From a virus, in the IMG/VR virus record IMGVR_UViG_3300010939_000019, positions 1 through 64,000 of that record: DNA of 64,000 nucleotides. One strand, written 5' to 3'. The notes beneath the pieces are model-generated. The model made no database searches. It was not told the DNA's origin and worked only from the letters and a program-made list of their open reading frames with translations. Positions 1 to 9,475 of this stretch are shown here, piece by piece. How positions within the stretch are numbered: the stretch's first letter is position 1; each line of letters opens with the position of its first letter. A program made the translations under genes and the position numbers.

Positions 1-1
1 G

Positions 2-394
2 CTGGTCAAGGATGAGACCCCTAACAACAGCGACAAGACGTTCGTGGTGCCCGTGGGGAAGGTGTGGGACATCCACTCAATTCAAGTCGTGCTCGATGCG
101 ACAGCGGTAGTGGGAAACCGCAACCTGTTCATAATGATTCTCGATGCTGCTGGGGCGGAAGTGCATCGCCTACAGGCAGCCGTGAGTCAGACTGCGAACC
201 AAAGCATCTTTCATACGTTCTCTGCGGGGTATCCACGGGAAACTACTCTCCAGGGTACTGTTTTAGTAGGCCTGCTGCCCCAGCCGTTGTTGCTGCCCTC
301 CGGCTTCCAACTACACATCCTCGATGGTTCGATCATTGACCCCACCGCCGACGACCTGTCGGTCTACATCATGGGTGAGGAATACCCTAGTTGA
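2..394 (+). CDS. hypothetical protein, 5'-truncated by window edge, G+C-rich
   Basis: The frame is open from nt 2 (upstream of the listed Met at 44) to TGA 392-394. Third codon positions are mostly G/C, unlike the AT-rich genes that follow. No motif recognised. Confidence 0.45.
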   Translation: MVKDETPNNSDKTFVVPVGKVWDIHSIQVVLDATAVVGNRNLFIMILDAAGAEVHRLQAAVSQTANQSIFHTFSAGYPRETTLQGTVLVGLLPQPLLLPSGFQLHILDGSIIDPTADDLSVYIMGEEYPS

Positions 395-514
395 TACCTG
401 GGTGCCTTGGGCTAGATCGATGGCACGGTGATTGAGTTAGGTAGATGAAGCCAAGTAGGGTCAATGGTGGCACTGTGGCGGTTGTGCCTCACTTAGAAAT
501 AGAAGTCTTCAAGA

Positions 515-1075
515 ATGGTAGGAAACCTTAGTATGGCTGATTTTGAAGATACTAACGGTGATGTTCTGAAGATGGTTCTTATGCTAGAACGTCATCTGGT
601 TAAAGGTGGTACTTTTGATTCTACAAGTATACCATCTCTAGAACAGACAGAAGAGGCTCTGGATGAGACAGAAGCTGAAATGTTTGCATGGTTGGCTGGC
701 TGTGGTTTCTCTACAGCTATAACTGACTATCCTGTAGCAGCCAGAAAGTATCTAGCGTGGTTTGCAGCTCTTGGGACATCATATAGACTTGAGATGTCTC
801 ATCCAGGTCTTCAATCTAATCCAAGAGGCAGTAGTCGATGGATGGTACTGAAGAGAGAGTACGAGACATTAAAGGATATCTGTGAAGGGCCGTCTCTTGA
901 CAGACTTGGTGTAGTCCGTAATCGTGAGTCACTTTCAGTTATAACAGGTGTCAGTCATGATGATAAAGAAGTTCTTTCCACAGATACTGATAAAGTACAA
1001 CCTGCATTTATAAGAGATGGCTTTCGACATCCTGGTAGAGTCCGCAGCTCGCATGTAATTAAAGAGTTACCCTAA
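515..1075 (+). CDS. head-tail connector/adaptor candidate
   Basis: 186-aa ORF at the start of the neck/tail gene string. The call rests on synteny only. Alternative ATG at 533. Confidence 0.3.
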   Translation: MVGNLSMADFEDTNGDVLKMVLMLERHLVKGGTFDSTSIPSLEQTEEALDETEAEMFAWLAGCGFSTAITDYPVAARKYLAWFAALGTSYRLEMSHPGLQSNPRGSSRWMVLKREYETLKDICEGPSLDRLGVVRNRESLSVITGVSHDDKEVLSTDTDKVQPAFIRDGFRHPGRVRSSHVIKELP

Positions 1076-1082
1076 CTGTGAT

Positions 1083-1544
1083 ATGGCTGGTTATAAGGAA
1101 ATACTAGATGATTTACATGCTCTTCTTAATAAGAATGATACCTTCAAGAATAAAGTCTCTAGACATGATTTCTCGGCAATTTCTACTTCAGGTGAGACAG
1201 CTGCTGTCCTTCGTGTTGGTGGCTTTGTTTCAGATGATGAAGCCTTTGGTGGTGTCTACGGTATTGTTTGGGATATCTTTGTTGATATCTATGAAACCTA
1301 TGGCGCTAATATTGAAGAGGATATAGACAATCTTGTTAAGGCTCGTGATACAGTAATTGACCTTATAGAGAAGAATATTTACTTAAGTAAAGGAGCAGGT
1401 GGAGATGGTATTGAATGGACAAGTGTATCTAGAGGAGATAATCTAGGAGTTGTGTTTGATGAGGATGAAAAGACAGTCACTCACTTTACTCTTAGTGTTC
1501 TCGTTCAAGTACGGCAGCAGCATGATATAGTTTTGGCTGAGTAA
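1083..1544 (+). CDS. head-tail joining protein candidate
   Basis: 153-aa ORF tightly packed between the connector candidate and the gp10-like gene. Synteny only. Confidence 0.3.
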   Translation: MAGYKEILDDLHALLNKNDTFKNKVSRHDFSAISTSGETAAVLRVGGFVSDDEAFGGVYGIVWDIFVDIYETYGANIEEDIDNLVKARDTVIDLIEKNIYLSKGAGGDGIEWTSVSRGDNLGVVFDEDEKTVTHFTLSVLVQVRQQHDIVLAE

Positions 1545-1546
1545 TC

Positions 1547-2038
1547 ATGGTAGTAGAATTTGTAGTAACAGTTCAAGGGTTTTCTGAAGCTCAACAGCGT
1601 CTACGTGCTATTAATCGTCAGCGTATAGTTAGGAGCACTCAGTTCTTTGCCCGAAAGAGATTAGAAGAAGGACTAGAACAAGTAAGACAAGAAGCTCCTG
1701 TTGATACTGGTGTACTACAAGACTCTATCGGTATTGATATTAAGAGCCAGGGAGATATATTAACAGGTACTCTTACAGCGACTGCCGAACATGCAGAGTG
1801 GGTACATGAAGGAACAGGTATCTTTGGGCCATCTGGTGAGCCTATAATTCCAGTACGATCTAAGGTTCTAGTCTTTCAAATAGCAGATAGATTAGTGATA
1901 ACGAAGTCTGTTAAAGGACAGCCTGCAAATCCGTTTCTTCGTCGCGGAGCTAAGATTCTCCGTGATAGGGTCGCTTCTACATTGCCTAAAGAGGTAAGAC
2001 AGGATATACAGGTACTCCTCTCTGGAAGAGGTATATAA
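1547..2038 (+). CDS. HK97 gp10-like neck/tail-completion protein
   Basis: EAPVDTGVLQDSI ... AEHAEWVHEGTG matches the aPvdTGxLrxSI ... yAxxvEfGT signature of the HK97-gp10-like family. Its stop overlaps the next start (ATAATG). Confidence 0.7.
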   Translation: MVVEFVVTVQGFSEAQQRLRAINRQRIVRSTQFFARKRLEEGLEQVRQEAPVDTGVLQDSIGIDIKSQGDILTGTLTATAEHAEWVHEGTGIFGPSGEPIIPVRSKVLVFQIADRLVITKSVKGQPANPFLRRGAKILRDRVASTLPKEVRQDIQVLLSGRGI

Positions 2039-3048
2039 TGGCTGCTGTTCGTATTGTAGGGAAAAACGCCAGAATGTACGTATCTGATATTGCTCTCTAT
2101 CTCCGTATGTTCGAGATGGAGAATAACATGGAATTAACAACTGAGGATGCTACAGCATATGGTGTAGATTGGCGGGAATTCGCGCTTATAGATGGATCTG
2201 TTACTATGGGTGTTAATGCCTTTATGGATGAAAAAAGGCCTGTTCTTGATGACGAAACTCTTGTTACTGATGCAGCCTTTGTGAATACCTTCCAGGCTGA
2301 TGGTGGTTCAGTCTTTAAGTCTGATCCTGTAGTCCCTATTATCTTTGTTCCAGGTAATACAGCTGTAGGAGGCGATAAAGCTTTCTTTATGGATAGTATT
2401 CTAGGAAGTGTAGCTCTAAGTGCTCCTCGTAGTGGTCTTCAGAGACTTAGGGGTAGATTCCAGGGAGCACAAAGTCTTCGTGCAGGGCTTATTATAGCTC
2501 AGGTGGAACAATCATTTCCTACTGGTAATACATTTATTCCTGTCCCCACGACTGGTATAGATGTTGGAATTAATGTTGGTATTACTTCATCGAGTATCGC
2601 TAATCCAACTGTTATTACAACACCCACAGAACATAGCATAAAGTCTGGACAGACAGTTGTTATTGAAGGTCATGCTGGAAGCACACCTAGTATCAACGGA
2701 TCACATGTAGCAACACGATTAACAGCTACTACGTTTACAATTCCTGTTAATGTAACAATTGGTGGTACAGGTGGAACTGTAACTAACTCAACTGGAACTG
2801 CTGCAGCTTATTGTGTTTATAAGAAGACAGGCACCTCTGCATTTATTGTAGATATAGAAGACGCAGTTGCAACTGGTGGCCCATATGCATCTGCAAACTT
2901 ATTCCCTTCATTTACAGCAAGGTCATCAGAATATCGAGAGGATACGGCAGATGCAGGTAAACGATTCCATAGAGTCAGAATAAATAATGCAGGAGCAGCA
3001 GAAACACTCGGTCTTATTATAGTATCAACTAATATCAGGCCAGCATAA
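2038..3048 (+). CDS. major tail tube protein, long paralog with C-terminal extension
   Basis: Sits upstream of the chaperone and tape-measure genes. The N-terminal ~165 aa are paralogous to the next ORF (MAAVRIVGKNA..., GVDWREFALIDG, APRSGLQRLRGRF). The extra ~170 aa are Thr/Gly-rich and beta-rich. Confidence 0.6.
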   Translation: MAAVRIVGKNARMYVSDIALYLRMFEMENNMELTTEDATAYGVDWREFALIDGSVTMGVNAFMDEKRPVLDDETLVTDAAFVNTFQADGGSVFKSDPVVPIIFVPGNTAVGGDKAFFMDSILGSVALSAPRSGLQRLRGRFQGAQSLRAGLIIAQVEQSFPTGNTFIPVPTTGIDVGINVGITSSSIANPTVITTPTEHSIKSGQTVVIEGHAGSTPSINGSHVATRLTATTFTIPVNVTIGGTGGTVTNSTGTAAAYCVYKKTGTSAFIVDIEDAVATGGPYASANLFPSFTARSSEYREDTADAGKRFHRVRINNAGAAETLGLIIVSTNIRPA

Positions 3049-3069
3049 AAGTAGAGGAGGAATAAGTGA

Positions 3070-3513
3070 ATGGCTGCAGTTAGAATTCTTGGGAAGAACG
3101 CGGTCTTCAAGATCGCACAGACAGATGTGGCTGGTGTTACTGATGTTTCAGCTGATGGCAATGAGATTACTCTTAACCTTGAGCTGAATAATGAAGATGG
3201 TACTGGCTTTGGTGTAGACTGGCGTGAGTTTACACTGATAGATGGTACATTCAGCATTGACTACACAGCATTCTATGCGTCTGCTGCAGGTGAGTTAGTC
3301 GAGATCTTCCTAGGTGGAGCTACTATGACTGACCTGTTTGATAAGAGGAACTTCGAGTTCTATCCTAATGGTGAACCTGTAGGTGTTACTAAGCCAAAGT
3401 ATTCTGGCAGTGTATTTCTTGCAGGATTCCCGATCACAGCACCAAGAGGAGGTCTAACTTCTATTCGTGTACGTATGAGCGGCGCGTCACAACTAACAAG
3501 AGCCGTAGCCTAA
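3070..3513 (+). CDS. tail tube protein, short paralog
   Basis: MAAVRILGKNA..., GVDWREFTLIDG and APRGGLTSIRVRM align with the N-terminal domain of 2038-3048. RBS GGAGGA lies upstream. Confidence 0.6.
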   Translation: MAAVRILGKNAVFKIAQTDVAGVTDVSADGNEITLNLELNNEDGTGFGVDWREFTLIDGTFSIDYTAFYASAAGELVEIFLGGATMTDLFDKRNFEFYPNGEPVGVTKPKYSGSVFLAGFPITAPRGGLTSIRVRMSGASQLTRAVA

Positions 3514-3557
3514 ATCATTAGGCTACCTCTTAAACTAAGAGGGAGAGGTAAACTGTT

Positions 3558-3980
3558 ATGGAAGTTAATATTGAAGAACGTGATGATGTTATAGTCGCAA
3601 CTATTAATAGTATAACTTATGAGCTGTCCCGTGAGATTACAGGTGGACAGTTCATGGAGTTACGTAAGAAGGCAATAAAGTCTACTGTATCAGAAGATGG
3701 AAGTGATAAAGGTAGACTAGAGATTGACTCAATAGAGTTCGACTTCTGGAATCTCAGCTTTAGACTTAAAAGTCCTGAGATGACAAGAGAAGAACTTCTT
3801 GCTTTGCCTCGTGCTGTTTATCAGTCTCTAACTCTGTTAGCAGGTAAGTTAGATAATAACGAGGCTCAAGGCGTATCTGATTTTTTACAAAGCAACTCAT
3901 CGATCTTCCAAGCATCACTATCGACCTTGGATCTCTTCTCAGGCTCCCCTCCGGATGGTTCAGAAGCTACCTTAGAGTAG
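3558..3980 (+). CDS. tail assembly chaperone (G-like)
   Basis: 140-aa acidic ORF directly upstream of the tape measure. Contains slippery heptamer T TTT TTA at 3881-3887 in the 0 frame. Confidence 0.7.
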   Translation: MEVNIEERDDVIVATINSITYELSREITGGQFMELRKKAIKSTVSEDGSDKGRLEIDSIEFDFWNLSFRLKSPEMTREELLALPRAVYQSLTLLAGKLDNNEAQGVSDFLQSNSSIFQASLSTLDLFSGSPPDGSEATLE

Positions 3981-4075
3981 CTGATAAACAGGCTGATCAA
4001 GCTGCTCTTGATGAGGTAAAAGCTATGCCTGATGAAGCTTTTGATCAAGGTATGGCTTGGGGGAAGCCTATTTAG
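3558..4075 (+). CDS. tail assembly chaperone -1 frameshift product (GT-like), join 3558..3887,3887..4075
   Basis: The -1 frame is open exactly from 3881 (just after a TGA at 3878-3880) to TAG 4073-4075, two nt before the tape-measure ATG at 4078. This is the canonical G/GT layout. Confidence 0.55.
3881..3887 (+). promoter_or_regulatory. -1 programmed ribosomal frameshift slippery site TTTTTTA
   Basis: X XXY YYZ heptamer in the correct phase (codons GAT TTT TTA). Confidence 0.6.
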
Positions 4076-4077
4076 CT

Positions 4078-6714
4078 ATGGTTCAAGAAGGTGGAGCTGA
4101 CAGTCTACGTCTCAATATCGTTATTGAAACTATAGCCAAAATTCAGGCTATAGATGAGGTTTCTGCACGTCTGCAGAAACTTTCTGTTGCATCTATTAAG
4201 GCACAAAATACAGCTGATCAATTTACTGGCGAGCTAGAAGGCAAGATGACGCCAGCACTGCAGAAGTCTGGCGCTGCACTTTCTCAACTTCTTAAAACTG
4301 GTTTTGGCCCTAAATTTATTGGTAGTGTTACAGGTGTTAATGCTGCTTTAGTTGGTGCTGGAAAGACATTTCAGACATATACTAAAGAAGCTCTGACAGC
4401 TGGTGCAATTTCTAGTAGAACAGCTAAAAACTTTAGTGAGCTGTCTCAGGGAATGATCGGTATTGGCATTACAGGCAAAGCTACAGCAGCAACATTCGAT
4501 GAGCTAAGTGCTAAGTTAGCACAATTACGGCCACGAACTGAAGCTGGCAAAGCAGGAGTTAAAGCGCTTAGTAACGAGTTAAGTCTTTTAAAAATCCAGT
4601 TTATTGAAGCTGGTAATGCTGCTGAACAGCGACTTAATAAACCACTAAAGAATACTCAAAAAGCAGGTCAGGGTCTACTTCTCAGCTTTTCTCTAACACA
4701 ATTAGCAGCAGGACGGCTCTCTCAGGCCATGTTCGGTATTGGATTTGCTGTTCTGTTTACGGGATTCAAATTCCTGAACCTTATCACTATATCTGTTGCT
4801 CTTGGTGCTGCACTTGCCTCTATTGTGCTAGATAAATTAGTAGCATCCTTTGGTAGAGGTCAATCTGCTATCGAGCAGGTATCAGAGCAGATGCAGGAAT
4901 TTGAAAGAGCTGTAGGAGAATCTAGAGGAGAAACCAGACTTTTATCAGAAGAATTTAGAAGGCTTGTAGAGTCTGGAGCTGATTTAGCAGGAGGATTTAA
5001 AGAGTTATTTGCTGAGATTGAGCGTGGGCCTGGAATATTTGAGACTTTCTTTCCAGCAGTAAAAAACTTTGGGAATTTTCTTTCAAAGGTATTTACATTT
5101 CAGATAATTGATGCTAAGAATGCAGCACGAGACTATATTGAAACTGTCCAAACTTTCTCAGCTAAAGAATTTGAGGAAGAGTCTGAACGCTTAAGTATCG
5201 CTATATCCGCAGTTCGTCAAGGTATAGATGAGGATTTTGCTTCTATCAGACAGGAATTTGAACGAGCGGGAGAGCTGAGAATTGCCTTAGCTCCTATTGA
5301 GAGAACAAGGAAGGAACTTGACGACTTTTTTGATATTGTATCATCTGAGGCGAAGGATCTGGCTAGTTTTCAGAATAAGATAATTAGGGATCAGGTTGAG
5401 AATCAAATTACTATCAGGCGCGAGGCACTTCAAACTGAATTAGATAATATTCGTGATGGGCAACGTGCTCAGATACAAGTTATTCAAGATGCTCTTAGTG
5501 AACAGACTAGAGCTATTAGAGATGCTTTTGATCTGCGGCTGGATATCATACGAGATCAACTAGATACTCAGATAAATGCTATTCGTGATGCTGCTGCAGA
5601 TGAAATAGAAACTAATAAAGAGAAGATAGATACACTTCAAAATCAAGATCGCCAGCTTAGTTCTGTTCTAAGTGATCTTGAAAGTGAGCGTCAATCTATA
5701 CGAGCAGCCATTATTGGTTCTGAAGCAGAACTAGCTGAGCTTGAAGCAGCAGCTGCTCAGCAGGGTGTTGCAGCATCTGAAGAAAAGACTATAATTAAGG
5801 CTCGCCTTACAGGTTTGGCTGCTCAGCAGAGTGCTATTGATAAGACTATAAGTGCTCAAAAGAAGGAACAAGATAGTCTTCAAGATCAAATAAGGGCTCT
5901 TGAAGATGTTATTGATGCTATAGAAGATGTTAGAGATAGTGCTATTGATGCAGCTAGAGATGAAACTAAAGAGCGCGAGAAGCAGGCTCGTAGGGCTGCT
6001 GATGAAGAGATAAGACAGGCTCAAAGGGCTGCAGAGAATAAGATCAATGCTATAAATGATGCTGTGCGAGCAGCATCACGTGCAGCTACAAGACAGTCTA
6101 ATACTGATATAAGAGAAGCTAGACGCTCTGCAGACGCACAGATAGAGAGTAATAACAGAATTAGAGATAATGCTATAGCTAGCTTTGAGATAAAAAAGGG
6201 TTTAGCAGAAGATCTTATTACTATTAATGAGCAGAGAATAAATGATGAAATTAGAGTTGCTAATGCTATAGAAGACAATATTATTCCTAAGATGCGATCT
6301 CTGATTGAGTTACAGTTAGTATCTGCTGCGTTAGGTATTGGCCCAATATTAGGTGAAAGAGGATTTGGATTATTACAGGCACTGGCACTTAAACAGTTTA
6401 TTGAATCAATTTTCCCAGGTGCTGATTCAAGTAAGATATTAGCTAATATAGTTAGTGGATTTCAGCTTGGTGGAATCGTACCAGGGCCTGCAGGAAGTCC
6501 TAGACTGGCTGTAGTTCATGGTGGTGAAGAAGTTAGAACTTCTAGTCAACAAAGGGCTTTACCATCAGGACAAAGGCCTATTATATTCCAGATAGAGAAT
6601 TTCCATGTTAATAAACCATCTGATATGGTTAAACTAGAACGTATGCTTAGTAGACAAACAGGAACCCAGGTAAGACTCACATCACGATCTCGTAAGCTTA
6701 CTCAAGGTAGATAA
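4078..6714 (+). CDS. tape measure protein
   Basis: About 880 aa, positioned after the chaperone pair. Long Ala/Gln/Glu/Arg/Ile coiled-coil stretches with recurring AIRDA/IRDQ strings, and a hydrophobic segment near aa 205-260. The ORF track also allows a TTG start at 4057. Confidence 0.85.
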   Translation: MVQEGGADSLRLNIVIETIAKIQAIDEVSARLQKLSVASIKAQNTADQFTGELEGKMTPALQKSGAALSQLLKTGFGPKFIGSVTGVNAALVGAGKTFQTYTKEALTAGAISSRTAKNFSELSQGMIGIGITGKATAATFDELSAKLAQLRPRTEAGKAGVKALSNELSLLKIQFIEAGNAAEQRLNKPLKNTQKAGQGLLLSFSLTQLAAGRLSQAMFGIGFAVLFTGFKFLNLITISVALGAALASIVLDKLVASFGRGQSAIEQVSEQMQEFERAVGESRGETRLLSEEFRRLVESGADLAGGFKELFAEIERGPGIFETFFPAVKNFGNFLSKVFTFQIIDAKNAARDYIETVQTFSAKEFEEESERLSIAISAVRQGIDEDFASIRQEFERAGELRIALAPIERTRKELDDFFDIVSSEAKDLASFQNKIIRDQVENQITIRREALQTELDNIRDGQRAQIQVIQDALSEQTRAIRDAFDLRLDIIRDQLDTQINAIRDAAADEIETNKEKIDTLQNQDRQLSSVLSDLESERQSIRAAIIGSEAELAELEAAAAQQGVAASEEKTIIKARLTGLAAQQSAIDKTISAQKKEQDSLQDQIRALEDVIDAIEDVRDSAIDAARDETKEREKQARRAADEEIRQAQRAAENKINAINDAVRAASRAATRQSNTDIREARRSADAQIESNNRIRDNAIASFEIKKGLAEDLITINEQRINDEIRVANAIEDNIIPKMRSLIELQLVSAALGIGPILGERGFGLLQALALKQFIESIFPGADSSKILANIVSGFQLGGIVPGPAGSPRLAVVHGGEEVRTSSQQRALPSGQRPIIFQIENFHVNKPSDMVKLERMLSRQTGTQVRLTSRSRKLTQGR

Positions 6715-6717
6715 GTA

Positions 6718-9471
6718 ATGGCAGACATACTGAAGCTGACAGATGGTATTACAACGATAGACTTTATAGATTCTACTTCTGACTATACACTTCTGGATAA
6801 GGGACTAGATATCAACTTACCTGAGATTAATCGTACTGTTACTGAATTATCACCACTTGTCGAAGGTCAACGTCTATCTGAACGTCAGTATGGCTTTAGA
6901 GAAATAACTATTAGATTCAAAATAGATTTTACTGATCATGATAACTTAGTAAGTGATATAAGAGCTGTTCAGAAGCTACTTGATAAAGCAAAAGAACGAG
7001 CTAAAGCGGGGTTCGGTAGCAAAGTCGAGTTGAAGTATAAGTTTGCTAATGCGACTGATACTGTTATATTTGATGTTGTGGATGGTGATTTTAACCCTGG
7101 GCAATTTGCATCTGTAGTTGTTAAGCGGGAACCATCAGTACTTTTAGACTGTGAACTTGTTCTTCTTTGTGAGCCCTTTGCACGTGGCACTTCTGTTCTT
7201 ATGCGTAACTTCTTAGCTAATGCTAGCTTTGACTGGAATCCAGGTGAGAGCGGCAGAGACAGTGGTGTTATAATAGATCTGGATGGTTCTACTCAAAGGC
7301 TGCACAGAATATCTTCTACAGGGTTTTTCCCTACTGCTACAGAAGGTATCATGTCAGGAGGTATCTGGGTAAAACCAGATGTTACTCCTGCTAATCTGGA
7401 TGTGATGATGAGATGTGGAGATACTACTAAGTCATGGGATTTGGTCTGGTTAGGTAGTCATATTATAGAACTTACTCAAGTCAACTCTGCAGATAGTAAT
7501 ATCATTGTTGCTAGTGATGCGAATGCGACTGTCTCTGGTGTGTGGAACTTTGTCTGGTTCTCTATTTTCATGTATCGTGGTCAACAATGGTTTGTGATTG
7601 GAGTAAATGATACAGTTGTAGCTAGTTCCTTTAGAACATCTGGCTTTACTTTTAAAACTGCTGTCGGCGATTTTGTTGTTGGTGCCAGTGCTAATACAGG
7701 TGGAAATGACTTTGATGGCAAAGTAGGTGGTATCTTTGTTGTAACAGGAGGAAGAACACTTCTCCCGTATCAAATGATCTATATGTATCATTATGGCATG
7801 AGAGGTATGGCAGATAATGCTGGTATTATGAGTCCAAAGTATTGGGGTTTAGAAGCCGCAGACTTTGGCGCTATCTATTTGCTTGATGAAGCTATTGGAG
7901 ATGTTAAAGATTCTAGTGGGAATAGTCGTGGCTTGACCGTGATTGGGTCACCTGGTCGCATAACTAATTTACCTAAACCTGTAGGCTGGACACAGGGCTC
8001 CACATTTGTTAGTTCAAATTTTAGCGGTCTTAAATCTGGAATCCTTGCTAAGTATGGTTTATATGGTTGCCATATCCTTGAAGTTGGAGGTGGCGATGCG
8101 AATATGTATTTTGAGCAAGATATAAGTGTCTCTCCCTCTGTTTCTGGTATGACGATTCTTTTTTGGGCGCGTCAGACTATTGCTACAGGTAATATAGAGA
8201 TAGAACGTGAGATCAATGGTGGTGGAGCTACAACAAAACAGCTTGATGGATTAGTTAATGGTGTTTGGAAACAATATATATGGACTACTGCAATAGTTGA
8301 TATTACTCAATTCAGATTAAGGTTTAAGTGGACTTTAGGAGGAATAGGCGCTGTAGTTATAGATGGTGTACAGATAATTCCAGGCCAGCCTTTTGCTGGT
8401 TTTGACGGAGGTGGGAATCTTCCTGTACTAACAACAGTACGACCTTTTATAGGCTCCCATCAGATAGTAGCTATACCTGATAGCACAAAGGTCAATTTTG
8501 TATCTCTTCAAGATTTCCCTGGTGATGTGCCTGCTACATGTAGAGTAAATTTCAAGAATACAAGTTCAGGTAAGCAGCTTGCTCCTATTAGGCTTGGGGC
8601 AAGGTTCGGAGTAGAACCTTGGAAGCAAAAGTTAGTATGGGAAGCATCATCGCTTATTGTTGATCCTGACGATGGGATTATTCTGGATACTAAGCTTGGA
8701 CATATTCGGACTACTGCAGCTATAACCTTGAAACGGCGAGTACATGCTGTATTATCTAGTCTCTTTCCGTTTCCCTCAGATCAGTTTGGAAGCCATAGAC
8801 TATATATTGGAGTCGAGAGCCATCTGGATCTTATTTCACTATGTCAATTGCGCCTGGGTGGTATAACTGGTTCTACTATACCATTAACAGGTGCTCCTCA
8901 AAAGGGTACAGTTACACAATCTCTTATCTTCCATTTGGTTGATGGAGGTATACTTACATGGCCTCCAGAAACAGCCTTACAAAGATTTCGTGATAGTGAT
9001 GTAACTTCTGCATCTAGACTTTCACCAGATATTGAATTAACGCCTGGACTTGAAATAGTAAATATAGCAGATGCAGCTATTACAGGTCTGGAATATAACT
9101 ATCTAATCGCATTACCTATTGATCATGGCAGTGCAGTACTTCAGCCATCAAATAGCCTACCAGCATTCGGATTACAAGAGAACGAAATTCTAACTATAGA
9201 CACTGTAGATGAAGATGCAATATCAGTTGCCTATTTTAGTAGAGAAGTTGTTACACCTGATTCTACAATTACTAAGACATTAGCTGAATTGGCATCACCA
9301 GATATTGCTGTAATTGGTTCAGGATTTAGAATTGAGCCAGAGTCACCAGGGATGATCGCAGCTGTTTTTTCTGAATGGGGTGCAGCTAATGATGACCCGT
9401 TTGGAAAGTTTATTGCAACCCACACAGCAGAATTATGGATAGAATATACTCCAAGGTTTTTATACGTCTAA
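6718..9471 (+). CDS. large tail-tip/distal tail protein with LamG/concanavalin-like domain
   Basis: 917 aa immediately after the tape measure. The segment WNFVWFSIF...GNDFDGKVGGIFVV resembles a LamG jelly-roll signature. Confidence 0.5.
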   Translation: MADILKLTDGITTIDFIDSTSDYTLLDKGLDINLPEINRTVTELSPLVEGQRLSERQYGFREITIRFKIDFTDHDNLVSDIRAVQKLLDKAKERAKAGFGSKVELKYKFANATDTVIFDVVDGDFNPGQFASVVVKREPSVLLDCELVLLCEPFARGTSVLMRNFLANASFDWNPGESGRDSGVIIDLDGSTQRLHRISSTGFFPTATEGIMSGGIWVKPDVTPANLDVMMRCGDTTKSWDLVWLGSHIIELTQVNSADSNIIVASDANATVSGVWNFVWFSIFMYRGQQWFVIGVNDTVVASSFRTSGFTFKTAVGDFVVGASANTGGNDFDGKVGGIFVVTGGRTLLPYQMIYMYHYGMRGMADNAGIMSPKYWGLEAADFGAIYLLDEAIGDVKDSSGNSRGLTVIGSPGRITNLPKPVGWTQGSTFVSSNFSGLKSGILAKYGLYGCHILEVGGGDANMYFEQDISVSPSVSGMTILFWARQTIATGNIEIEREINGGGATTKQLDGLVNGVWKQYIWTTAIVDITQFRLRFKWTLGGIGAVVIDGVQIIPGQPFAGFDGGGNLPVLTTVRPFIGSHQIVAIPDSTKVNFVSLQDFPGDVPATCRVNFKNTSSGKQLAPIRLGARFGVEPWKQKLVWEASSLIVDPDDGIILDTKLGHIRTTAAITLKRRVHAVLSSLFPFPSDQFGSHRLYIGVESHLDLISLCQLRLGGITGSTIPLTGAPQKGTVTQSLIFHLVDGGILTWPPETALQRFRDSDVTSASRLSPDIELTPGLEIVNIADAAITGLEYNYLIALPIDHGSAVLQPSNSLPAFGLQENEILTIDTVDEDAISVAYFSREVVTPDSTITKTLAELASPDIAVIGSGFRIEPESPGMIAAVFSEWGAANDDPFGKFIATHTAELWIEYTPRFLYV

Positions 9472-9475
9472 CAAT

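Noticed and set aside
5731-6278. Minus-strand ORFs 5731-6024 and 6021-6278 inside the tape-measure gene
   Set aside because: They lie antisense to a long, well-supported gene. Their Ser/Leu/Ile-rich low-complexity translations are the mirror image of the Ala/Glu/Arg coiled-coil codons.
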